Part shown: in pieces, positions 1 to 11,161 of the stretch
How positions within the stretch are numbered: the first letter of the stretch is position 1
Layout of the letters: the number at the start of each line of letters is the position of its first letter
NCBI RefSeq assembly: GCF_001194135.2
Contig: NC_068996.1
Coordinates: 54,874,068-54,913,400 of the forward strand
Direction: 5' to 3'
Length of the DNA stretch: 39,333 nt
DNA from: Octopus bimaculoides
Lineage: Eukaryota
Notes under the pieces: model-generated
What the model saw: only the letters and a program-made list of their open reading frames with translations
Told to the model about the DNA's origin: nothing
The model's database searches: none
Program-made: the position numbers and the translations under genes

Positions 1-727
1 AAAGCTGGAGATGAATGTTTTGAAAACATTCTGAACTATCTTTCAGAATGGTTTACTTTTCAATGAAATGTCATTTTGTTATTTTTCATGTTTTTATTCA
101 ATTAATCTGCAATTTTCTTCTTGTATTAGATGGATAACCCACCCTCCATTTACAGCAAGTAGCGAGCATCTCGTTTTTTACCTGTGTGCTAAATTTGACT
201 ACTTACGACTAACACGGGCACATGCACAAATTTGTGACATGCATACTCCCAGAACTCGGATCCTCACTTCTCCAGTAGTGCCAAATTTTGAAACTGAGTT
301 TGCACCCCCTAAGCAAATTTTGTTCCCGGGCCACTGGTCTTGGAGGAAAATGGTAATCTATCAAATTAAGGAATTCCCTAAATTAGATATTTGTGTTGTA
401 CCATAGAATATTCCTTTTCTTATTCATATACTTGTTTACTCTCAGTGTCTGATCTTATAGGTAAACCCATCATTTCTGAGTGTTTCCCTAGAACTTTACA
501 TTGTTATACCATATGCGTGTGTGTGTGCGTTTATAAGTCTAATATTTTAGACCAGATTTTATTTTAAATTACAGGGGTTAACATTTATACATGTAATACT
601 TTTGAAGGGTTGAAATCTAAGGTACAAATTAAAAACCTGTAGGAAAGACTTCCGCCCGTCTCCCCACCCCCATTTTCTTGCAAATTATTGTTTTTCTTTA
701 TCCAAAAAGCCATGTTTTCAGATATGG

Positions 728-924
728 AGATTCTGGAAAAATTGCCAAAAATTGGAATTAAAAATTTTTTTTGCCCGATCCTTACTCCCTCCCCCAATTC
801 TTCATTTTTCACTTTTCCGTAAACCTAACCCTAAAACTTTAACCCTAAAATCCTAAGCCTAAAACCATAACCCTAACCTTAAAATTCCAAGTCGAAAAAT
901 TTTTGGAAATTTTTTTCAGAATCA
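728..924. repeat. Degenerate telomere-like (CCCTAA/CCTAAA) tract at about 820-885 flanked by an imperfect inverted repeat
   Basis: aaacctaaccctaaaactttaaccctaaaatcctaagcctaaaaccataaccctaacc; flank 728-759 (gattctggaaaaattgccaaaaattggaatt) resembles the reverse complement of 883-923. No TSD found. Confidence 0.5.
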
Positions 925-1292
925 TAATCTCTGTATTTTTCCACATATTTTGAAAAAAAAATTTGTGAAGAAAGTTGAAAATGAAGAATTTGCAGATTCA
1001 TATTTTCTGTAGCTGAAAACGGGTTTGTGTAGAAGAAAAAAAATTAAGTGAAAAAAATAGGAGTGCTTTTGTTGGGGATACAAAAGGAAGTCTTGCCAGA
1101 CCTGTATCAACAAGAAAACACAACTGATTTTCCAAACGAATAAAGGGAGAAACAAAATACTGAATTATTATGAAAAGACATCTTGCGTACACATCAAAAC
1201 TGACATCCTACTAAATAAATATTACCCTGGAACTTTGATTTTTTACTTGTATTCACTACTCTATATCAATGAAGAGGATCGGCCTGCAAAAG

Positions 1293-1492
1293 TCAGGTAC
1301 CACATAAAAAGCACTCATACCAGTTTCACATAAAAGCACCCTGCAGACTCTGTAAAGTGGTTGGCATTAGGAAGGGCATCCAGTCATAGAAACTATGCCA
1401 AATCAGGCTGGAGCCTGGTGCAGCTCTCCAGCCTTGCCAGCTCCTGTCAAACTGCCCAACCCATACCAACATGGATGATAATAATAAAAATG
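1293..1492 (+). mobile_element. 5'-truncated RTE-LINE 3'UTR fragment
   Basis: gttggcattaggaagggcatccag...caacccatacc...gatgataataat matches the 3' end of the RTE at 28805-31001. Confidence 0.8.
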
Positions 1493-1633
1493 ATGAAGCT
1501 TACAAGTACTGGAATAAAAGAAAATAGTAAGTTTTAATTATGCATATGAAACTACTAAAAAGAAATTTAGTTGGTATTAAATTAGAAATAGAAGGCAATG
1601 CTCAGACCTCCCAAACACAGAAGCTCACTAAAA

Positions 1634-1731
1634 TCATGCAAAATCCCACTGTTCATCCTCTTCAGCAATGAATAACTCTTCATGACCATCAGCGAGAATG
1701 TCATCATATGAATCCTCTCCATCTTTGCTGT
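1634..1731 (-). CDS. Putative terminal coding exon of an unidentified host gene (acidic C-terminus)
   Basis: Minus-strand acceptor tctttatttacag, then 2 nt plus 32 codons: (x)SKDGEDSYDDILADGHEELFIAEEDEQWDFA*. Non-repetitive, protein-like composition; ATTAAA about 100 nt after the stop. Confidence 0.45.
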
Positions 1732-1949
1732 CTGTAAATAAAGATTGTACGTCATTTACTGCTTCTTCAGTCATCATTAACTTAACATGTATTTATCTTC
1801 TGTTACCAGACACTGTATTTTAAATGCCACTCTTGTTGAATAATTTGATGATAATTTCATTATTTCTTTCTTACTATGAATTAACAATCTATTTACATCA
1901 AAACCACAACCAGAATCTCAATCAAAATCAAAATGGAAATTGTAGTTGT

Positions 1950-2242
1950 GGCCGATGCCACTGACTCCTGACTAGCTCCCGTGCTGGTAGCATGTAATAA
2001 GAATTGTTCAAGTGTGGGTTGATGCCAGTGCCGCCTGACTAACTCCTCTTCCCTGTGGCATGTAAAATGCACCCACTACACTCTCGGTGTGGTTGGCATT
2101 AGGAAGGACATCCAGCTGTAGAAACATTGCCAAATCAGATTGGAGCCTGGTGCAGCCTTCTGGCTTGCCAGTTCCCAGTCAAACCGTCCAACCCAGGCCA
2201 GCATGGAAAACGGATGTTAAACGACAATGATGATGATGATTA
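1950..2242 (+). mobile_element. RTE-LINE 3'UTR fragment with (GAT)n tail
   Basis: gccagtgccgcctgact subrepeat, cacccactacactctcgg...ggacatccagctgtagaaac, ending gttaaacgacaatgatgatgatgat. Confidence 0.85.
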
Positions 2243-2589
2243 CAGACCAGCTGTAGTTAGTGAAACCTACAGGACCCTTCACATACTTCCTCCTCTTATG
2301 AATGATTTCTCTCCTTTTCACACCCAGTTACTCTATCTGTATCTTTATCAATTGATGCCAACATCAAATAGTTACAGAACATCTATAAATTCATTGACAA
2401 TTACTGTTGTGTCACTGTTTTATGATCAGGCATTATCAACAACACTCTTCATTACATGTGACTTAAGCAGTCAAACAACCACTTTCCTTTCATCAGACTG
2501 CAAATTTCAAACTTTTTTCATCCAATGCATCTTCCAAACCTTTCATTTGTACATTTATAACTAATGCTTTTTGGCACAATTTTGATCTT

Positions 2590-3096
2590 AAAAACACTTT
2601 GCAGTCTTTTGTTTTTTTTTTTTTATGACTTCAGACAAAAGATGTGCTTTTGATATCTTGTATGGGAATAATTGAAGATTATTTTTCAACAAATTATGCA
2701 TAGTTCCATACTGGTTCCAGCTTTTGAAGTGAATTTTCTGATGCTTCTTTTTGGGTTACGCCTGATCTTTTCTTTGGTATTTTTTATGAGTTTTTGAGAT
2801 CTCACTGGTCAAGGTGGAGTACCGGTCTCTTTTATTCATTTGATTACTCTATAGACTCTTAATCTGCTGACAGTGGGTTTCAAAATCTTGAAAATTTTGC
2901 TAGGAGTTTTCCCTTTCTTGAATAGTCCTTCAATTGCTTTACTTATTCCACTCATATTAGCTTAAATACTCGCTTCAAGTATAAATTGGCTTCAATTCTA
3001 CCTTAAATGTTAAGAGTATTAAATTCCTAAAATAAGAAAAGTAATGTTAATTAGATTTCAGTAAAATAAATATTTGCACTTGAGTTGATCAGCCTG
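2590..3096 (-). mobile_element. Tc1/mariner-superfamily relic (transposase N-terminus plus one terminus)
   Basis: Minus translation with stops and frameshifts: MSGISKAIEGLFKKGKTPSKIFKILK...EKIRRNPKRSIRK...LQLFPYKISKAHLLS (RRNPxxSIRK...PYK pattern); candidate TIR cagcctg next to a (TA)n tract. Confidence 0.6.
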
Positions 3097-3199
3097 TGTA
3101 TATATATATATATATATATACATATATGCCTCAATTCCAGTATATACCACAATTAATAAATATATGTATGTATGCAAATTTGTTTGTATGTACAAATGT

Positions 3200-3345
3200 A
3201 CAAGCAAACATCGTCGTCGTCGTCATCTAAGCTAGCATGGGTTGGACAGTTTGACAGGATTTGAGAAGTCTGAGGACTATCCCATTTAACAATTTCTTCT
3301 CTGACATGATTTCAACAGCTGAATGCCCTCCCTTACCAAAGTGTA
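3200..3345 (-). mobile_element. Degenerate RTE 3'UTR fragment
   Basis: catcgtcgtcgtcgtcatc...gctagcatgggttggacagtttgac...gctgaatgccctcc. Confidence 0.65.
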
Positions 3346-3710
3346 CAAGATGTCCACTTTTCTTATTTTCTTTTTTTTTTTTCTTGGTATCAGCGCTAAT
3401 GGTCATTGCCTCTTAACCTGAAAGGTTAAAGGCCCAAAGTGATCCCTGAGACTGAGGGTAAGTAAAAGAGAGTGGACGATGGTTATTGGTGAATGGATGA
3501 AGAATGGCAAGTGGAGAGGATGGAGGAATGTGGAAGATAACAGACCAGAGAGGAAGAATCTGTAAAAGGACTTACTGAGAAAAAGGAAGGATCGTTTAAT
3601 CAGTATAACATTATCCAATTTTTATTTTGCGTAGCTATATCTTAGTGCTCACTCCTTTATAAGTTTCAGAGATGTGCATTACCTTTCTCAGTACCTTATA
3701 TAGTTTACTA

Positions 3711-3960
3711 TCATCATCATCATCATCATTGTCGTTTAACATCTGCTTTCCATGCCAGCATGTGTTGGACAGTTTGACTGAGGGCTGGCAAGCCAGAAGG
3801 CTGCACTGGAATCCAGTCTGATTTGTCAAGGTTTCTACAGCTGGATGCCCTTCCTAACGCCAACCACTCCAAGAGTGTAGTGGGTGCTTTTTATGTACCA
3901 CCGGCACAAGGGCCAGTCAGGTGGCTCTGGCAACACCCATGCTTGACTGGTGCTTTTCAA
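3711..3960 (-). mobile_element. RTE-LINE 3'UTR fragment
   Basis: (CAT)n then gtttaacatctgctttccatgccagcatg...ctggatgcccttcctaacgccaaccactcc. Confidence 0.85.
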
Positions 3961-4499
3961 CTGACATATGGAGTTGCGCGTATCCATATGATAAAGCATA
4001 TTATATGAGCACTTTTAATAAATAAGAATGATAAAATGTTTTATTAGAGCATTAAATATGCAAGTCTTTATTCAACATCAAACATTAAAAATAAACATGA
4101 GGAGGTCATTGAAACAAAATTTCTCTCAGCAAATTTTCCTAAGGCAAAAAATTACCTATAACCGGATTTGTGAAATAGACCATGCAATTCTTTTTACAGT
4201 TCACCTGTTAAAAAAGTAAGTAGGTCTTACAGATATTTGATCTGATGAATCTGTCTTTTCATGACTTTAAAACTGAGATCGTTTTCTTCAGCTATTTTCT
4301 TAAATCTGTTAGCTATTTCACTACAAATATTACTCTATCTAACAATTTGTTTATTTTTCCGTGTGCTACTCTTAGCGATTCTATTATTTACTCAAACTAC
4401 TCTGCTCTAAATTTTGTTAATGTGTATAGTATCTGCATCTTATTTTGAATATTTTCAAACTTTTTTTCTTGGTTCCTTTGATCAGCCTGACCCTGTCGT

Positions 4500-4900
4500 T
4501 CCCTGTGTAAACATAACAAGAGGAAGTACTGAATAAGCTTAAGCCATTCACAAGATTAGCCCATTTATGACAGATTATTCATCACTTTTACAAGCTCTAC
4601 CATTTGAATGTTTAACATTTTCTCACATTGTAATGAGTTCACCATCCACTATGGATGTTCTGTAATGTGAATACACTTTTTCCATACACTTTAGGTTGTT
4701 TCTCCATTCTTAGATTCAATGTAATTTCTACATAATATTTGAGGAACTTTACGCAGTATACATATTTCTCTTGCTCTTGTGTTAGTTGGTCAATAGAACA
4801 ATCTGTTTTATAAGATATTTCTTTGAAAAGAAGTAAAACTGCTGAGAGCGTAGATCAACAACCAAAATAGCCAATGTACATCATATGAGCTACTCCAAAA
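4500..4900 (-). mobile_element. Highly decayed LINE RT relic
   Basis: Minus translation contains ...LKCMEKVYSHYRTSIVDGELI..., resembling the LY-x4-S-x-V-x2-GEL stretch before QG in non-LTR RTs; many stops. Confidence 0.3.
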
Positions 4901-5789
4901 CTAAGCATACACAATGCAGGTTAAGATATTTACTTTGTAACCAGGTGAACTCTGGATTTGATCCTACTTTTTACTGTAGTTTGGGTTGACCAATGCCTTT
5001 GTGGAATTTGGTACAAATCCAACATGTTCATCTATAGCTGTCATCATCTGTGAAATTAGATCTTCCCCTAAGTATTTTCCAAAGAAATCATTTTTGATTT
5101 CTTCTAATTTTTAATCTCTTCTTTTACCTTTGTCAGTCACTCAAGATTGCCAACAAATTTTTGTTTTCTTTTTCCTACAAAAAGGAAAAAATTCAATTCA
5201 TTAGCAAATTGTTTTGTCATTTAGTACATATCTAGCTACTTGATTTATTTACAAGATCATCAGCAGCAGCAGCAACATCATTTAACGTCCACTCTCCATT
5301 GGCTTTGGCTTTGTTTCTACAGCTAAATGCTCTTCTTAATGCCAACAAGATATTCATATAAAATACGTATGGTATTAAAGGTTGTCTTCTTTTGCTTAAA
5401 CTTGTATCTTAAAAGCAGTTTTGCTCAAATATTCTGCAACAGAGCCCAATAAATAACTGTATGTCTAAGAATGCAATATTGTTCTTCAAAAGCCAACTGC
5501 AACAATAAATGCAGAACACTTTTATTTATTCAATGATAACAACCTATTCCAAATTAAATACTAATTGTAATTTACAAAACCAGGGAATAATGTTGTGGTG
5601 GACTCAAACCCAAGTTGTCCTAGTTACGCACTTCAAGCCATGACTCTTTCACATGTATAATTGAGTTATCAGCCAATCAACAGCTGACGTTCACTCGAAA
5701 GCTTCCTCAGACAACACAGACCCAGTACTGTAGCAGCTCAGGTATTCTAAGTGCCTATAACTATTAAACACCATGTCAACAGCCTCAGA

Positions 5790-6030
5790 TATCTGCTAAG
5801 CGTAGATGTAGTTGTGTTGAAAGAACATGTGGGTAAATTTTTATCTGAGATACCAGACGAACCTGCATTGCAACAGAAAACTCAAAGAAAGGCAGCTCTA
5901 TCCAAGTTGCTACTTCACTAGAAGAAGTTCTAGACAGAGCGCCAAGAAGTGAGTGGGAAAGAAAAATACAATTACACTAAAGGTGCTGCCCCACATGGCC
6001 ACAGCCTCTAGCTGAAACCAGTAAAGGTTA
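5790..6030 (+). mobile_element. CR1/L2-like LINE 3' end
   Basis: LKEHVGKFLSEIPDEPALQQKTQRKAALS (FL-x2-IPDEP C-terminal motif), followed by the tail ggtgctgccccacatggccacagcctctagctgaaaccagtaaag. Confidence 0.65.
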
Positions 6031-7089
6031 AAAAAGAAAACAAAAATAAAGATAAAAAGAAACTGAGGGAAATTATCAAAATATTACCTCTCTGGTATAC
6101 CTTTTTGTCCCGGAAATATAAATAATATCGAAGACGAAGGAAGACTTATAAAATGTAAAAGGAATAAAGATAAAACATAAAGAATAAATGAAAAATGAAT
6201 TTATCTATAAATGTTAAAAATTTTAAGAAAAAGCATTATCAAGGGAAATAATTCTCCTTTAGCTAATTGCTCGTTTTGGTAAAATATTTAAGACGTTGAT
6301 GTAGTCCCAGAATCATGAAAACGTTGAACAAAATGCTCTGCTGTTTCGCATATCGTGTCTGAGTTCAAACCCATCATAGTCTCCCAGCCAAGTACTTAGA
6401 GCAATGTAATCGACTAAGTCTAAACCTCAAATTTCTACCATGGATTTTCCCCCATTGACTTCCTTCTATTACATGAACAATAATGGACATGGAAACAATG
6501 AAGAAGTTCGTGTTGCGGAATTCTACCTTACGGCAAGATTTTCAAGGCGGTTACTTTTCGTATGGGGAGGATGCACGCCTCTGTCTTCCTCCCTGTTAAT
6601 ATATATTCACATTCATTCATGCACATATGTGTGTGTTTGTAAAATGCCCATTAAAGAGCTTGGCATATAATCACTATTTTATAACCTCATGTGTTAAGAG
6701 TCTTCTTGGTTATGAAGATTACAGAATATTCTTTAAAAAAAAAAGAAAAAGACATATTATAAAATTGTTTATTTATATGTAACTAATTACATAATATACT
6801 CTCCAGGTGTGATTATTACATGCGCGTGCACACACACCCAGAGGCAAATCCATGATAAAGAAAAACAGGAAGAAATGATAAAAATCAATTAGACATAAAC
6901 AGTGAATACAATATGTTCACTCCGTATGTATAATTGATTGATGCTCAATGAAAGCTTTAGAAGGAACCAAAATAAGAATACAAATGACGTTTGGGTGTGG
7001 CTCAAGAAAATCCAGGGTGGATTAAAAGGAGGAAGGAACAGATGGCTCGGAGAAAAACACGTGTTTTGTTACATGGCCAAAAAATAACT

Positions 7090-7226
7090 ACATACATACA
7101 TACACACACACGCACCCATACATATACACCTACACACACATACATACATACACATATACATATTCACACATACATACATACACACACAAACACACACATA
7201 CATACACACACACGCACACACACACT
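7090..7226. repeat. Compound (CA)n/(TACA)n microsatellite
   Basis: Direct reading. Confidence 0.95.
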
Positions 7227-7230
7227 ATGA

Positions 7231-9020
7231 CTGTTGAAGTGTTCCCATTTGGCAAAAGTGCTTTCTATCTTAATTGGTGCCATTAAGAGGTTCACAAAGA
7301 ACTGAGTCACAATCCTCACACTTAGAACAGAGAGTGGAATGATCGTCTCCATAGCCATATATTTTTCAAAGGGAATATTCCAAGGAGATAGTCTCTCTGT
7401 ACTTCTGTTTATTTCAGTGTTAAATCCATTATTGCTCCTGCTACAAAAAATAAATGGCTCCATGTTAGGGTCTGCAACTGCATGAGATATTAATGTAACT
7501 CATAATTTCTTCATGGAGGACCTCAAGATTTATGCTAAAAGTTAACAATGCCAAAAATCAACTGGAATTAATGACATTTTCATCTTACATACAAATGGAA
7601 TTTGACGAGAAGAAATGTTCTTATTTGATTGTTGAATGAGGAAAATAAGTCCCCCATACACAAAACCTGTGCATCAATGGTCTCACTATCTCTCCTGTCT
7701 CACACAAAGAATGCTACAAGGACATTGGCATTGATGGAAATATATCATACGAAGATACTGTGAATAAAGGTAGATTGACCCAAGAATATTAAACCAGATT
7801 AAGTCAAATATGGCAGTCTGAACTCTCCGCTTACAACAAGACAATATCCCACAATGCATTTTCAGTACCAGTGCTGACTCCAATATTTGGGATACTTGAC
7901 TGTTCTGTAGAAGAAATCCGCTCCAGAGACATCAAAACCCACAAGATTCTAATACCAACTGGAAATCTCAAAAAATAATAATAATAATAATAATGATATC
8001 AACAGATGAGAATTTGTTGGTAGGGTCTTGAGATCAGTGCAGACAGCCTTTGAATGTTGCATAGTCTCTCTCTCACACAGCACTTGCAAAACAACAGCAG
8101 CAAAAATACATTAACTTAGTGCTGTAAAAGTGAAGAAAACAATACCCTATGAGTTAGAAGTGAGCTCCTCAAGAAGTACTGTCTTTCTGTTGACCTCCCA
8201 TACAACCCCAAATCAGCCAGACGAGCATACCTCAAAGAAGACCTGGAGGTGAAATGCTCAGCATACCAAAAAAAAGACCATGCATAGGTATGTTTCTCAT
8301 TGACTTGAAGAAGATAGTAATATGACACTTTGAAGGCTATGCATTTTCAATTCAAGAACAGGAGATTGCTACTAAATACCTAATCAACAAAAGACACAGT
8401 GAAGCCATTGGAGTTCCAAGTTGCAACCGAAAATGTAGATTATGTCATATTTTTGTGGAAGACATCACACATTTGATTAGCAGCTGTCCAAAAATGCCAT
8501 CAAGGTACTACCTCCCTATCCTACATGACATTGTCGCAAAAACAATATACAATGCCATTCAGGTAAAAGAATGTCCTGGAATAAATATAGAGAATCTTCC
8601 TGTTATTGAATACGTACACATATATCAACACAAGGAATACTGGTCGAACATTCTCATCAAAACATCTGTCAAGTGTAAGCATAATAGGCCGGATATTGTG
8701 GGACAGACAAGAAAAGGCATGTACCGTCATAAAGGTCAGCGGTCCTGCTGATGTGAATACCTCTTTGGAAATCAAAGAGAAGGAAGATAATTATGGACAA
8801 CTGCTTCGAAACCTTCAGCTTCTATATGTGATCTATATCCAGGTCACAAATTTACCAATGATTAATTGGAACACTTGATTTTGTAAGTAAATGCCAAACT
8901 GTCAGTCTGGATAAGCTTGGGTTTTCAGAAAAAGACATCAACAAACCAACTCACACATTACAAATACAATCTGTAAGTGGAACAGTAAAGATATGCAAGA
9001 CTTTTCCCAGATTTAAAATG
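7231..9020 (+). mobile_element. 5'-truncated RLE-type (R4/Dong/NeSL-like) non-LTR retrotransposon, pseudogenised
   Basis: RT motifs GIFQGDSLSVLLF (about 7370-7410) and THNFFMEDLKIYA (about 7500-7540); CRLC-x8-H-x4-C knuckle from 8434; KHNRPDIV...VSGPADVN restriction-like endonuclease; C-terminus SGTVKICKTF. Multiple stops and frameshifts. Confidence 0.9.
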
Positions 9021-9884
9021 TGACACTGTTTTTGTCATCTACATTTCCAAGATGGAGCTTTGTATCGTTGTTAGAAAGCAGCTCCTTCCTCAGAGGAATA
9101 ATTTAAACGACTAAATACAGAAAAGACAGAGACATACAGACAGACACACACACACACATACACAAACATATTAGGCCGTTGATTGTAATGGCTGGTCAGA
9201 GAGTGACCATTGGTTTCGCACCTATAAAGCGCTTAGCTCTATAGGCAATTTGTCAGACAAAAATAGCCAGAAGCACTTAACCTCTCTACAACCGAAAGGA
9301 GGAAAACATCGTGGTCGCTTAATTTTGTAAGCAAAAATTACCAGAGTGAAACTCTGCAGATACAGTCTTGTGCGAGTTGGAGTTATCCCCCCTTACATTG
9401 GTTTCAGCCATATCTACATCGACTTTCGAAGTTGGTAACGTTTTGCTAGTCGACAAATTCCATATTTACAAGAAAGCTTCATTTTGGGAATTAAAAAATC
9501 AAGTGAATTTTTTAGGATCCTTGCTCTTTCAGCCAAGCAAAGCTTACATCGTTTGCTCCCGTTGAAATATGGCCCTGGTTCTTCTCGAAGTCTTCTCTTT
9601 TAAACACCATACGTAGTTGGCTAAGGACGTGATGTTGCGTTTCTCTATTTGTTATGGGGTACTTTCTGTTTGTCAAAATATCTGTCGGAGTTTCAGATCT
9701 CTGGTGTTTATTAAGGCGGATGATTTCAGAAGTTTTGTCTGGAAATATACTGATGATGTATCAACAACTACCATGCTTCAAAACGGAAAGAAGAAAACTA
9801 AGATAGCTAAATTATGGTGTTTATAACTATCCGACGAATAATTACAAGAACAAGAAAATTTGTAAAAATTAGAAAATAAATTAT

Positions 9885-10688
9885 GGATCTTTGGGGTTTG
9901 ACGGGCAACATTTTTTTTGTAGTGTTTTTGGTACCGAAACACTTTCAAACTTCGAATATTTGTATATTTTGTGGTATAGAACAGATAAAAAAATTTGTAT
10001 TCGAAGTTATTTCATGTAAAAAGTTGTCGTATTTCGGTAATTTCAACCAATCACTGACGTCTATTGAGGTGAAAACAATTAATGCTGTAACGGTGTCATG
10101 GGAACTTTTCCCTTGAATAAAATTAGTCCCGTTGTTTGTCAACAACAACTACCCGTGTTACTCTTATTTATGACATCGTTCGTGCGTTTGTACTGGTTTT
10201 AGCTTTAGGCTTTTAGGGTCAGGGNNNNNNNNNNNNNNNNNNNNNNNNNNNNNNNNNNNNNNNNNNNNNNNNNNNNNNNNNNNNNNNNNNNNNNNNNNNN
10301 NNNNNNNNNNNNNNGGTTAGTTTTAGGATTACGGTTAGGGTTATGATTATTTTTGCCATAACCATAACCCTAACCCCAACCTTAACCCTAAAACCCTAAC
10401 CCTAAAACCCGAACCCTAAACCCTTACTAGGGAATAATGATATAATTAAACAGGGAATAACACACTTGACACCGAACAGCACTAACTGTATCCAGCTGAA
10501 TAGACGTCAGTGATTGGTTGAAATTACAGAAATACGACAACTTTAACATGAAATAATTTGCGATGTACAATTTTTTGTTAAGAAGGTTAAGAGAAGAAGT
10601 TGTTTTGTATGACACATTCTACCAGTATCCCAAGTTTGAAAGTGTTTCGTTAAGAAAACAAATGTTGCCCGTTAAACCCCAAAGATCC
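9885..10688. mobile_element. Non-autonomous foldback DNA transposon (Merlin-like termini), family 1, with telomeric core
   Basis: 8-bp TSD TAAATTAT (9877-9884, 10689-10696); TIR GGATCTTTGGGGTTT(G/A)ACGGGCAACATT; inner inverted block around aaccaatcactgacgtc; central TTAGGG-like then CCCTAA-like arrays (gap 10225-10314). Confidence 0.9.
10225..10314. other. Assembly gap (90 N)
   Basis: N run inside the telomeric core. Confidence 1.
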
Positions 10689-10756
10689 TAAATTATTAAT
10701 AATAATGTTTTCAAATTTTGGTACAAGGACAGTGATTTTAGGTGAGATACAAATCA

Positions 10757-10974
10757 ATTCTTTTCTACTCTAGGCACGAGGCACGAAATTTGTGGGGAAG
10801 AGGCCAGTGGATTAGATCGACCCCAGTACGCAACTGGTACTTAATTTATCGACCCTGAAAAGATGAAAGGCAAAGCAACCTTGACAGAATTTGAACTCAG
10901 AACATAAAGACAGACAAAATACTACTAAGCATTTCACCCAGCGTGCTAATGTTTCTGCCAGCTCCCCCCACCTT
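10757..10974 (-). mobile_element. tRNA-derived SINE, family A
   Basis: Reverse complement reads gagctggcagaaacattagcacgc...gttctgagttcaaattc (A/B-box-like) ...gtaccagttgcgtactggggtcgatc...ctagagtagaaaagaat. Confidence 0.85.
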
Positions 10975-11022
10975 CTGATACAAGTCAATTACATTGCTTA
11001 AAGTGTTCAAGTGACACTTTAT

Positions 11023-11150
11023 TTTATTGACCCCAGGAGGGTACAAAGCAAAGTCAACCTCAGCAGGACTTAAACACAGAACATAAAGAACCCGAAGAAA
11101 TGCAACTAAGAAGTTTGTCCGATGTAGTAACGATTCTGCCAACTCACTAA
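11023..11150 (-). mobile_element. Degenerate SINE family A
   Basis: caaagtcaacctcagcaggacttaaacacagaac...gattctgccaactc. Confidence 0.7.
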
Positions 11151-11161
11151 GAGGAATTATG

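Noticed and set aside
572-1229. cagggg.../...ccctg as TIRs of a large element around the degenerate telomeric tract
   Set aside because: Only a loose match of about 15 bp, and no target-site duplication.
6440-6670. 76-aa ORF MDFPPLTSFYY... as a gene or exon
   Set aside because: No recognisable motif, runs into a TG/TA microsatellite, and candidate splice sites gave inconsistent phases.
6991-7230. H/T/Y/I-rich ORFs here and at 18500-18938, 26443-26850 and 36057-36341
   Set aside because: They are translations of microsatellite or low-complexity DNA.
10195-10430. True telomere or chromosome-fusion scar
   Set aside because: The arrays lie inside an element bounded by TIRs and an exact 8-bp TSD.
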